64,000 bases of DNA from Azolla caroliniana (taxonomy: Eukaryota; Plantae; Polypodiophyta). Shown here piece after piece: positions 47,563-59,571 of this stretch. The DNA lies in assembly GCA_043228905.1 (NCBI GenBank), contig JBHGNT010000014.1:4464001-4528000 (forward strand). Reading direction: 5' to 3'. Below the pieces are notes generated by a model that worked only from the letters and a program-made list of their open reading frames with translations, did no database searches and had not been told where the DNA came from. Within the stretch, counting starts at the first letter, position 1; each line of letters starts with the position of its first letter. The translations under genes were made by a program, and so were the position numbers.

Positions 47563-50500
47563 ACTATTACCCTTTTGTCTTTAGACACATTCATAACCTT
47601 ATTTTTCAATTTTCTTTGTATGCCTTACAACAAGTATTTTGTTGTGAGATAGTATGATCTTCACTCACAAAGCATTGCGCACCTTTCAGGTAATACCCAA
47701 AAAAATTCATGTATGATCCTTTGCTTTGTATAATCTGTCATTGTGCATAAAATAGGCCTTTCTCCCGAACGAGCAACACAATGTTTACTTCCCAACTTGG
47801 TGTGCCCCATATACCATGAGAAAGAGAAAGAGAAGGGTAGACATGGAGTGAATGCATATAGTAGAAAATTGAAAGGCGTACGTATGTGGCAAATCTGGAT
47901 ATTAGGGCATTTAGTAATTGATACTTAACTCTTATGATAGCAATTGGAACTTGCGAATGTCTCCACCTATGTAGGGAGGTCAACAATATTGTAATTGTGG
48001 TTTTGAAAGTTTGAATTCAAATTATAAGAAGGAAAAGAAAACATCACATTTAATCTTATCTCAAGGCATGCCTAGAAATACTCTTTTCTTTTGGCATTCT
48101 TGCGATCAATATTTGAAACTCATTTCAAAGTCAAGGAGAAACTCATGTTAAGCTACCCCACCTAGAATCTCATATTGGAATTAATAAAAAGGGAACTCAT
48201 ATGTCTTTGACCTTTGTATGTGAGTATATAGAGGATTTTTCCTGTTTTTTTATATTGGTATGTCATCCATCAAGTGAATAAAGCCCATTCAAATTAACAA
48301 CAAATTTGAAAAATGTGCCAGCTAGACCTAGGCTTTGAGTGTGCATGTTCTAGAAACAAGTGGTTGCAAGATTATTGATAACAAGTCATAACGAAACTTT
48401 ATGGTTAGTCAAGAGGGAAATTTCTAAAAAGAAAAAACTTTTCCAATGATTGTTATGTTTAACGCTCAAGATTACTAAATTCAATCATCTAGTTTAATTC
48501 ATTGAAAATAAATGATGTTCAAGACTACGAAATTGGGTAGTATTTTCTACTTTGATATTATTCCTGGATTACGTGTACAAATCATGGTTATGTTTGTTAT
48601 GGGGCATTTATTCATATAGCACTAGTTGCCTTGATCATACAATTCCCATGAGTAAAGACTTGTGATTCACAATATTTCAAATTTGGGCACACTTAGAAAA
48701 CCTTTATTGAGTATATCTATATTTACCATGATTCCAAATATCAATGACATAGTTGTGAGTTTTCTCAAGTGGTGGATAACATTATCAACATTTTCATTTC
48801 CTCTACAACAGAAACAATGAAATTTCTAGCTTCTTGTTCTATAATGACACATCTTATTGAGAGCAAGGTGCATCAGGCTTGCGAACCTAATTACATAGTA
48901 TTAAATAATTGAATAAAATCTAAAGGTCACGGTTCAACAATTCTTTGACCATCCTTATTGCTAGATCGCTATAACTCTCCGCGTATAGGGTGATCTTTCT
49001 AAAAACTTTTGGTCTATGTGAGAATTGTTGTTAATTCTAAAGGTTTAAAAATTCATTTTTTGTGAAACCTCCTCAGTCATTATTATCAACCCATCACATA
49101 TTGAGCTGAAGAAAGTTAGGAGTTCACTTGAGTGAACTATTTTAAACATATTATATCCTCCATAATATGTTTGTCGAAAGTACCCAACGAAGGCAATTGA
49201 CACCTCATTCATGAATGTACCATCTTCCTCAAGTAGCATATTAGCGTGAATAGTCAAGTTATAAGGTAATGTCCACATCATCACGCAAACTTTTCTTCAT
49301 GTGGGGTCCTTATACCAAAGTGGGGATATTGCATGGTAAGCCACACTTTTTTGTTTGAAGTGATATAGTCTTCATGGACTATTAGAGAGCCACCAATGAC
49401 TATGTTGATGCAATATCTTTCTCGTGGTCTTTTTATGTCATGTAGTAAATACTTTTTAAATTAGTGGCATGATTTTCAAGCAAAAGCAAAAACTCTTAGT
49501 TGAAGTTTGAAATACGCGTTGTTGTACAACAATTCCAGATTGCTAGATGATGAAATCATTTGTATTTCGCTAGTTTATAATTTGCTTGCTTTAGGCCACA
49601 AGGCCTAGTTCCCATACAAGAGCTCGTATCATACCACAAAATCTCATTTATGTAAGATTTTAATTGTCCATTGAGATTTTTTAGATACAACGTATTCGTG
49701 AATAATGCAAAAAATAAAACAGATGCATTGTTTAGAAGGAAAGCCCAAATCTATGCCCATTAGCTATAAATTTGAGTTTCGTATGACATTTGTAATGCTA
49801 TTGGATGTAGTTTCCATACTAATACACATGGTAGCTTATCAAATCTTGGTCATTATACGTGTTATTGTTTTTACCTCTTCAATGCATGAATGTTTCATGA
49901 ATAGTGCAAGTGACCATGAACTTGAATATAGGGTAAAGTCTCTAAGATTTACATAATGTAAAATAACCACGAAGATAACTTGGATTGAGCCATGCGAGAA
50001 AGGTTATGTCCATCTATTTGTTAGAATATTCGTTATCCTCATGCATTGATGCATTGATCGGAAGACCAGTGAGCCTATGTAAATGTGATGTTATGAGATG
50101 GAATCATGTGTGCAAGTTCAAAAGCACACACCGAACTTAACAAGCAAAGCTCCATGAAAATCGTAACACATCAATGCACCAAATAACGTAGTTAGTGATG
50201 CAATGCAACCCGTCAACCCTCACCACTGTCATTGATTGATTGATGATGACCAAGTGTAGAAATGAGCAATAGGAAGTCTATTCAAGATCCAAGATAGATG
50301 TGGTAGAGGCAAGGTCTAAGCAAGTCAATATATCCAAACGATGGAGGACGATGATTGTGTGACAATCGGACGGATTGTGGTGACAGATGAACTATTTGAA
50401 TCTTTCCTAGCTATTTGATGTATGTATGTAGCACATTCGGTTCGATTCTCACACAGTTAGAGCCTTTATGGAGGCAAGGAATGGAGGCCAGTCCGGGGGA

Positions 50501-50860
50501 TACGTGATATATGTATGTATGGTTTGAGCAGGGCTTATCAATTGTGGACATAAAGGCTTGAGACAAGGCTCGGGCTCAACTCATCTGCAGTTGAGAAACT
50601 GACCACGACAATGTGTGCGTGGGAGCGCAATCTTTAGGTGGTGCCATCGCCATTGCCAGGTCATGGTTTGCCAGAGTGGCAAAGAGGCCCCAAAGTACAA
50701 AATTCTGATTATTCTTGTTAGAGTATCATTTATGGTCATGAGAATGAGAAGATGAGAGAGAGATCCCAACCAAAGGAGAGACTGTGGCCACTAAACATTC
50801 TCCTCCTCCCTCACCTTTCCATTTATCTATAAAGTCTAACCTCCCTTCTCTTTACAGCCT

Positions 50861-51222
50861 CATCCTAACCCTAATAATCCTAGCCCTAAACCTTACCCTA
50901 ACCCTAACACAAACCCTTACCCTAATCCTAAACCTTGAGGTAACATAACAAAGCAAAAGAAAAGAGAACACATCCTTGTTATCTATCCATTCACATCACT
51001 AAACCCTAACCCTAACCCTAACCCTAACCCTAACCCTAACCCTAACCCTAGCCCTTACCCTAACCCTAACCTTAGTTCTTACCCTAACCCTAGCCCTAGC
51101 CCTAGCCCTTACTCTAACCCTTACCCTAATCCGAAACCTTGAGGGATCATAACAAACCAAAAGAAAAGAAAACCCATGATTTTTATCTTATCCATTCACA
51201 TCACCAAACCCTAACCCTAACT
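50861..51222. repeat. Interstitial (CCCTAA)n telomere-like arrays within a duplicated unit of about 200 bp
   Basis: Seven perfect CCCTAA at 51004-51045 plus degenerate units; flanking block AAACCTTGAGG...TATCCATTCACATCAC occurs twice. Confidence 0.9.
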
Positions 51223-51752
51223 CTTGAGGTACCTCTGTAAAACGCAGAAGAAGAAAAAAAACCCATGTGTGTCTTTTATGTGACAAAAATTTCCAAGTCA
51301 CTTATACATCATTAAGATTGTGCTTAAGAAAAACCTAAAAAATATCCATACAGTCAAGGAAAAAGAAAAAGCCTGCTTCCATGAATGCAATTCTACTCTA
51401 TTCCAAGAAGAGGAAGAAAAAGAAGAGCTTAAGAAGAAGAAGAAGAGTTTGACGGAAGAAAAGAAAAGAAAGATTGAGAAAAAGGTATAGGTAATGTTAC
51501 TCTGTCCATGTTTCAAGATGAAGAAGAAATTTTACTCTGTTTTATGCTTGGTGTGTTTATTATATGTGTGTTTTGCAGGGTTTGGATGATTGGAAGTTAG
51601 GATCAAAAGATTAAGGATGGCGGATTAAAGGTTTGTGGAAGAGGGATTAAGGGTTTGAGGGGATCGAGGATGATGAATTAAGGATTAAGGCTTAAGGATT
51701 AAGGAATCCTTAAGAGGATCAAGGAATCCTTAAGAGGATTAATGATAATAGG

Positions 51753-54700
51753 ATGAGGCAGAGGAAAGTTCGATGTCCGAATTGCACAGCTCTCCTCGCT
51801 GAACCTCCTTATCCAGTGTTTGAATGCCCTATCTGCTCTACCTTGCTATTAGGTCAGTTACAACAAATAAACAAAACATTACTCTCTCTGTCTCTCTCTT
51901 ATTTTCTTTATGTAATTGTGGTGTTTTTGAATGCTGCTGTATGTCAGATCACATACCCTAATTGCTTCATTTTTGCTGCTGTGATTCTACTACCTTAGAA
52001 AGAGCTTTCTTGTGTAATTTATTGTTGGCATTGTTTTCTCTACCCTCTGCTAAATGCTGAGGGTATGTCAGACACATACCCTAATTGCTTCATTTTTGCT
52101 GTTGTGATTCTACTACCTTAGAATGAGCTTTCCTGTGTAATTTATTATTGGCTTTGTTTTCTCGGCCCTCTGCTAAATGCTGTGAGGGTATGTCAGATAA
52201 CATACCCCGATTGCTTCATTTTTGCTGTTGTGATTCTACTACCTTAGAATGAGCTTTCTTGTGTAATTTATTGTTGGCTTTGTTTTCTCGACCCTCAGCT
52301 AAAGAAGCTCCGAGGGAGGTATGGAAACATGGGGAGAGCCTAGAAGAATCACCAGAAGTTGGGAGCTCAACGCAGCAGGTAAAAGGAGGAAATGACAACA
52401 ATCTCACTGAACAAATTAAGACTGAATTTGTTCGTAGTGATAGTGATGAGCAAATCAAGGAACAAATCTGGAATGAAACTGAAGAATTTGAGCAACCCCT
52501 CAATGGTGCCGAGAATGAACTGAATCATGTCAATAATGACTACCAGATCAAGAAACAAATCACAAATGAATCTGAAGAATTTCAACAACTCATCAATGGC
52601 ACCATGAGTGAATTCGATCCCATCAATAGGGACAAGCTTATAAAGCAAGAAATCTCAGACGAATCTGAAGAGTGTCAGCAACCCATCAATGGTGCCAACA
52701 AGGAATTTGATCCCATCAACAATGATGAGCAAATATATAACGAATCTGAAGAATTTCAGCAACCCATCAATGACGCCAACAATGAATTTGATCCCATCAA
52801 CAATGATGAGCAAATCTCTAGCAAATCTGAAGAATTTCAGCAACTCATCAATGACGCCAACAATGAATTTGATCCCATCAATTGTGATGAGCAAATCAAG
52901 CAACAAATCTTGCAGGAATCTGAAGAATGTCAACAACCCATCAATGGCACAAAAAATGAATTCAATCCCATCAATAGTGATGAGAAAATCAAGCAACAAA
53001 TCTCAAACACTTGTGAAGAATTTCGACAATCTGTTAACGCTAGAAAGACTGAATTCGATCCTATAAGTGAGAATGACATGATCAAAAGGGATGAATGTTA
53101 TAGCATTGATGAAAGGAAGAAGACGAAGACGAAGAAAAAGATGAAAAAGAAAAAGAAGAACGATGAAGCTCCAAAGTTGAACGAAAGTGAGAAGATAGAG
53201 AAAGATGAGGAGAAAGAGGGAAAACATTATAAAATTGACGTGAATGAATGGATTCTTCATGACTATGATCTTTCCTTTAAGTATACACTTCTTGCTTCTA
53301 ATGAGCAGAACAATGATTATGGAAAGAAAGGTTGTTCTCATACAACTGATTGTTTGCATCATCATAGTCCTCTCAGAGTAAAGCAGTCAGAGCAGATCTC
53401 TGACAAAAATGAAGCTAAAACTGGAGATGAAGACGAAGATAAAGATGATGACATTTACTCTTGTGGTTCGGATTTCGATTTTCCTGTCCCATCAGCCAAC
53501 AATTTGCAAGATGTAACACTGGCCTCTTCTTTCATTAACAGTGAGAGATCATATCCCAATTTGGCTAACAGTGCGCTCTCCGGCCCTCATAAATTGGAGT
53601 TTCGGGATGCTGCTGCTGCAAATATTGATCTAGAGTTTAGGAAGCTACATACCGATGATCAATACAGCTCATCTCAATTGGCATTTGAGTCCAATGAATT
53701 TGCTAATAAAGTAATAAGCTTGCAAGAGTTGAGTTACACGAACAACTCAAAGATTGCTCAGACTCGAGATTCCTTCAATCAATTACAGTACATTAATGGC
53801 ACTAAAGCACTGAACCATGAACCTCAGGTGAATAATCCTTCATCAAATATTGGCAATACTCATCACTGTATGTTTCCTGATGATCAAGCAATAACTAAGA
53901 TTGGCACTAGGAATGGAAATTCTGTCGATGGAAATTTGAGCAATGCAAAGGAGAGACAAGAAACATTCTTTAATAATGGCAACGTTAGCAAATGTAATGT
54001 ATTGAGACCATCTCTGGCAAGGAGGAATCTTCCACAAAAGTTGCAATTATATGACAATGAAGGAAGGCTTATATCTCTAGTAGAAAGAAAGAGAAACAAT
54101 GAAGATATGGCTTTCAAAAATCGGCATGTGCGTAATGATGCTCTCTTGCCAAACCAGATTGAATTAAATGTAGACTTAAATGAGAAGAGTCAAAGTGTTT
54201 TCTACCATAACCTTGTTGGTGTGGGCCAAAGCTATGGAGATGGTAATCATCATCGTCATCATCATCATCATCATCATCACTATGTACCCGAAACATATGA
54301 TATTGGATCATCAACTACAAATAGGACACACTCTTATCAAGAGTCTCTTCTTCATCCTCCTAAAATGGCTACTATGTCAATGCAAGAACATGTTTTTTCA
54401 AACCCAACTTGCATGTGCTGCACCCATCTCCAACATTCTTCCATGCCACAATGCTCACAATGTTTTAGTCACCCTAGTTCGATGACTCATGAGTTGATTG
54501 GACAAAGTCAACATGGTGTGCATCCATCTGTTGGATGTTCCCCAACATTCCAACTTCTTCCAAGGTATGATTATGATGCATCGATTGCTGAATCGAGATT
54601 TGCATCTTTATCATCATCAACAATGAGAACTTATAATAAGCCATATCCTCCATTACCCAGACATTCTGCACCCCCGTACATTATATGCAGAGCTTGCGAT

Positions 54701-56109
54701 TCTATCCTCCGTGTGCCCTATCTTCCTCCTATCAACAGTGGGATGGAGCAAAAGTTACGATGTGGTGAATGTGGTAAAGTTTGTAAGTTTCGAGACCGGT
54801 CTGGATGGCCACAAGTAGGCCGGATTGTGGCTAGACCTAGTACTGTACCGACTGGAGAGATTGCAGCTTCTACTGGTACCCACCATGGAATAGATTCCTT
54901 GTCCTTTGATGAAGAATCACACCTAAGATTAGGTGGAAGGCTGCCAAGGAAAACATGCCTCAAAGTATCTGACATTGGTGCTAGAAGTTTGGTTGAAGAT
55001 CCTCAAGGAGCTGTAAAACCACCCAAAATCCATGGTAGACATGAGGACAAGACGAATAATCCTTTTTCTCTCAAATATGGTAAGTGGGATTTTTATTATT
55101 ATTATTTTTTGGTAATTTGTACTCACATCACTGCCCTTGATTGCCATCGACTTCCCCCATTAAGAGAAAAAAAAGAGTTTGTTCTGTAAGGATCCCATAT
55201 AAGAGAAGAATTAAGAGGTAAAAAACTGAAGCACCTAGGAATCGGCAACGGTTCGGTTTTGGCTTAACTGGTTTGGCCTTGTCTAAACCAAACCGGTTAA
55301 GCCTAAACTGGTTTGGGAGTTTCCAAACCTGAACCGAACATGTTCCTAAACCGGTTTAGCCAAGCCGATTAAGCCTTAACTGGCTTGGTAACCGGTTTGG
55401 CCTAAATCGGTTCGGTTTGGCTTGAGCCATCCCTAACCGAACTCAAACTGGTTAAGGAAGCTCGAGCCAAACCCAAACCGAACTGAATCACCAAACCGTT
55501 TAAAAGCGGGTTAACAGTGCAGTTTAGGCTTGAGCTGAGCCGTTGCCGATTCCCAGAAGCACCATAGCCTTCAACTTTAGAAGAACTGAAGAGTTTGTCT
55601 GAAAAATCTTTTTTAAGGTCAAATGTTTAGTGGGGTTTTCTACAAGAGAGCTGAAGTACATACCTACCATCTGGGATGCTGAGTTAGTTTTGCATTGTTT
55701 TTTTGGTTTTTGAAAAGGATTGAAAGCTTACGCCAGAAGCATACATCGTCACGTGGACGAAGAGGAAGAGGGTCTTGATTTCGGCGCGCCTCTGTTCTCT
55801 GATGGCGATTCAATCGATCAAAGTGAGAATAGAACAAGATCCCCTGAAAATATTGAGAACCAGAGAGATAGGAAACTGGGGTCACCCCTCATTGTTCTGC
55901 TTAACCAAGGCTCCAGGAAATTCAATTATATGGATCCTCCATCATCACTGCTGTATGATGACAATAATGCCAAGCTAGATTCATCGCCAGACACCCATTC
56001 TGCAGATGGGCGCCCGCAATCCCATCGTTACCGTTCGATAAGGAGAACTCCGCAATATATTGCAAGCTTGCTACGGAGGAGTCTTCGAGGTGTAGGTAAA
56101 GATCAATGA
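51753..56109 (+). CDS. EDR4-like (ENHANCED DISEASE RESISTANCE 4-like) zinc-ribbon protein, about 1090 aa; exons 51753-51852, 52299-55079, 55718-56109
   Basis: N-terminal VRCPNC..LL.E..VFECPIC..LLAK and C-terminal APPYIICRAC..QKLRCGEC zinc ribbons plus GSPL, typical of the family; two phase-1 GT-AG introns keep the frame; probable 5'UTR intron 51491-51579. Confidence 0.82.
51939..52303 (+). repeat. Three tandem copies (about 123 bp) of the 3' end of intron 1
   Basis: GTATGTCAGA...TTGCTTCATTTTTGCTG...TTGTTTTCTC..CCCTC(T/A)GCTAAA three times. Confidence 0.92.
52445..53071 (+). repeat. Coding tandem repeat: seven units of 31 or 27 aa
   Basis: Consensus DEQIKQQIxNESEEFQQPINGANNEFDPINN in the exon 2 translation. 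Confidence 0.92.
55236..55555. mobile_element. hAT-superfamily MITE in intron 2
   Basis: 8-bp TSD GAAGCACC (55228-55235, 55556-55563); TIR TAGGAATCGGCAACGG/CCGTTGCCGATTCCCA; internal AACCG/CGGTT repeats. Confidence 0.92.
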
Positions 56110-59100
56110 ATTGAAGCGTGTATAAAAATTTGGCTTCTCGATTGGTTTGTAGGATTGTACTATTAAATGTATTTTATGTCATTGTGATAAATACATACCC
56201 TATACATACATACATACATATATCTATATTATATATATATCACACATACACATGAGTTCCAACTTGATGCTGTCGATGAAGCAAAAGGTATCTTAGATCT
56301 TATCTGTATAATTCTTATAATTCAACATCTATATATGATGATTTGCCCAGTGTTGTTGCTCTTGCTTCGGAATTGCGTTGTATATATTTAATAGGGATAT
56401 AATCTTTTTTCTTGGCCAGATTAAAGATAATAGAACTTAAGATGTGATTTGGTGCTATATTTATGCAATGCTAGGAAAGGTATATATTTGTCGATGTGGT
56501 GTTCGATTGTGACATAATCAAATTGTGCATTAGCACAGAGAAGTCCTAATAACTTAATTCGTTTACAGCCATTGGCGGTATGTAGTTAGGGTAAAAGATC
56601 TTGTTATAGCATGTGTACAGTGTAGTTATATTTGTGGTGCTTGATCTCTACCATCCACACAATTGAACAGAAAAACACATTTATCAAAATGGAGTGACAA
56701 TGACAAAAATTACACTTGATTTTGCTTTTCTTTTGAGGATTTCAAACATTGGGTTAGCGGAATGGAACAAAACGGCGAAAAACAAATGTTTGTTTGTGTC
56801 CCATCCTATCATATATTGCCACAAGTTAAGAAAAGTTGGTTTGTAAATGGGTTTTCAAATAGTGGATGCCCCTAATCCTAATATGTCCCTTAATTAGATA
56901 GAGCCTTTCATTTGCCCGTCCATGTACATATGCATTGAAATCTCTATGAACAAATTTTTCAATGAATCCAAACTAGTAGCAACCCAAGATTTGATGCCTT
57001 AGATTGAATTCCATTGAAGCACATAAAAAGATAGGGTTTGGGGTGTGGAAAAAATATTATATCCAAGGATTGTTATTTAAACTTGGCAGAGACTATGGTA
57101 AGTTTGACTCCTTTGTGGAATATTGGACACTGGAAGATATATTGTCCAACATTCATTACCAAGTGAAGGCTCAATCTCCCTTGCGCTCTCTTGCATCAAT
57201 GGTTATATGAGAATGCTGGTTCTAATAATCCTCCATTTTATACACCATACAAGAATTCTTGGTTGAATTCTTTACCTCTTCGTTATGCCAGAATCTCTAT
57301 CTTTTACTTATCATAATTAATTCTAATGTTATGCTTCATATTCTATTTAGTTCAATCTATAAAGTCTAGGTAAAGCTCCCTTTTCCTCTATTCTCAAGAA
57401 TAATTCATCACTAGTCAACCTTATAAACAAGCTTGCCCCACCAACTTTTTGCCGTGTTATATATTCATGATTTTTAATGCATTTTTATGACTTGTCTATG
57501 TGAGCAAGTGAAAATCTTAATTGTCACTAGTCAAAGTTTGATCGATCCCAAAGACAAATCTTTGGTCAAGCTACATATAATATGGGAGCTAGATAATTAA
57601 TGAACATTTAAAAGTTATGCATCAAAATGATATTGCTTCTTTCTTTGCCAATCCTCGTTTGATTTGGACTATACCAACAACACATATCAAGAATGTGTGC
57701 ATGCTTAAGTGGTTGATGACAAAAAATGGAGGCAATTTTGGGTGTGATTTTATTTTAACTTTTCATATGTAGTTATTTCCAATAAGTTAGTGTTCATTAT
57801 GGAAATAATGCATTTATGCAATGTTATTGCTATGATATGTGCTAAATCCAACCCATTCCACCTCTCTAACTGGATAAATCGTCCCTAATCCAAGCCATTC
57901 TTTAATTAATAGTTCGGTCTTTTTAATATAAGATATAAAAACACTTAAAACTCATTTTCCATAAATCATGACGATAATTATTTGTCGATTTGTATTGTAT
58001 TTGCACACATGCATATGTAAATAAATCTTGAGAGCATTTCACCCCATTTGTGTGACCATGACACACACACACAGAGGTTGGTTACTATCCCAAAGACTTG
58101 GTGTAATGGTTCAATCAACACATCAACTTATTCAAATGAATTGAAATTGCAACTAAATCTAATTATGGCAATCTAGCTAATTACTCTACAACCTAATTAG
58201 ATCAAAATAATTAATCATGCTCCTATCAAGTATCCCAAAGTCTTTTTGTGGTTTGAACAAGTGTACGACATTCATTATTAGTATGCCTTGTATGTGAGGG
58301 ATATATCACGCATTCCTTTATCCTTAAGTCTTTCTATACTTTGGCTAGGGGCACAACAATCTAATGTTATGAAAAAATATTACACTATTCTGATCCTTTA
58401 TTATATTTATGATTTACAAATAATTGAGATGGCATATCTTAAATTGGTAAAAACATAAACAAGTGGATAAGTCGATGAAAAATCACAAAGAGTTGCAACC
58501 ACAATATTGCCAGGTATGTGATTAACATGAAGTTTTTGTTTTGCCGTTTATGGTAAAACCATTACCTTGGGCAAGTTTGAGCACAACGTGGACGGATCAT
58601 GTCAACATATCCTTATATCTAAAGCCCATTAAAGAAATCATTTTAGTCAAAGTTTCTTTTAGTCAAGTTTCTTAAATTTGAGATTGTTTAAAAGAAAAAA
58701 TAAAAGTTACATATTTTGGAGACAACACCAAATGTGACAAGCTTGAATCCCAAAATCAGAATTTTTTTGACTAAGTTTGAAGATCACACCTTTTGTTGAG
58801 ACAATTCATAATTGTATGTGTAATGAGATTTCGTTAACTAGAAGAAATGAGTTCAACACATACTATATTTTAAAATTTTGTGTGCCACTTCCATGTCTTG
58901 AGCCAAAAAATATTGTATTTTTTATTATCTAAGTTGCATTTGTAAGTTGTATAACATTAGAATAAAGAGAGACCCATAACATTTATCTTAGAAAAAATGA
59001 ACAATCTACAATCCGAGGGGTCTCTTTTAAAAATAAGATATTAGAAGGGATTTGAAAGTTCCTTTTTCTTGTCATATTTCTATTATCTTACAAATCTCAA

Positions 59101-59571
59101 GTTGGCGTGTCTTGCGACCATTGTGGGAAAATGAGTAGAGGAAAATTATTAGCAAATATAGTATTAAATTAAATTGATTTTCTAAGATAGAGATATCAAG
59201 ACAATTAAATATTCATAAATCTAGTTTTTGTTAGGGAGATCTTTGAGAATACCCTCAAGTATTTATTTTTGATATTAGTCTACATATGGGTTTTTTTTTT
59301 CCCAAAAAAAACTCCTTCTATTACTTATAAAATATTACAAATGAAATTATTATATACAAATCCCTGTAGGGACATGATAGGTCCATCTTATGTGGATGCT
59401 CACCGACTCAATAAAGGGAGAGGACGACCATTGTTGGATGAAGGCTAATTGTTATCTTTCGACTCCATCAGAGTCGCCCTTGAGGCCATCATATTGGCTC
59501 TTTAGAGTGGCTACAACTTCACTCCATATCTCTTGCATTAACACTATTGGTTGCGGGGTTTGGTTGGAGAA

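Noticed and set aside
47600-49560. Possible LINE 3' remnant and hAT-like transposase remnant
   Set aside because: Only short, weak peptide resemblances in broken frames; not supportable without a profile search.
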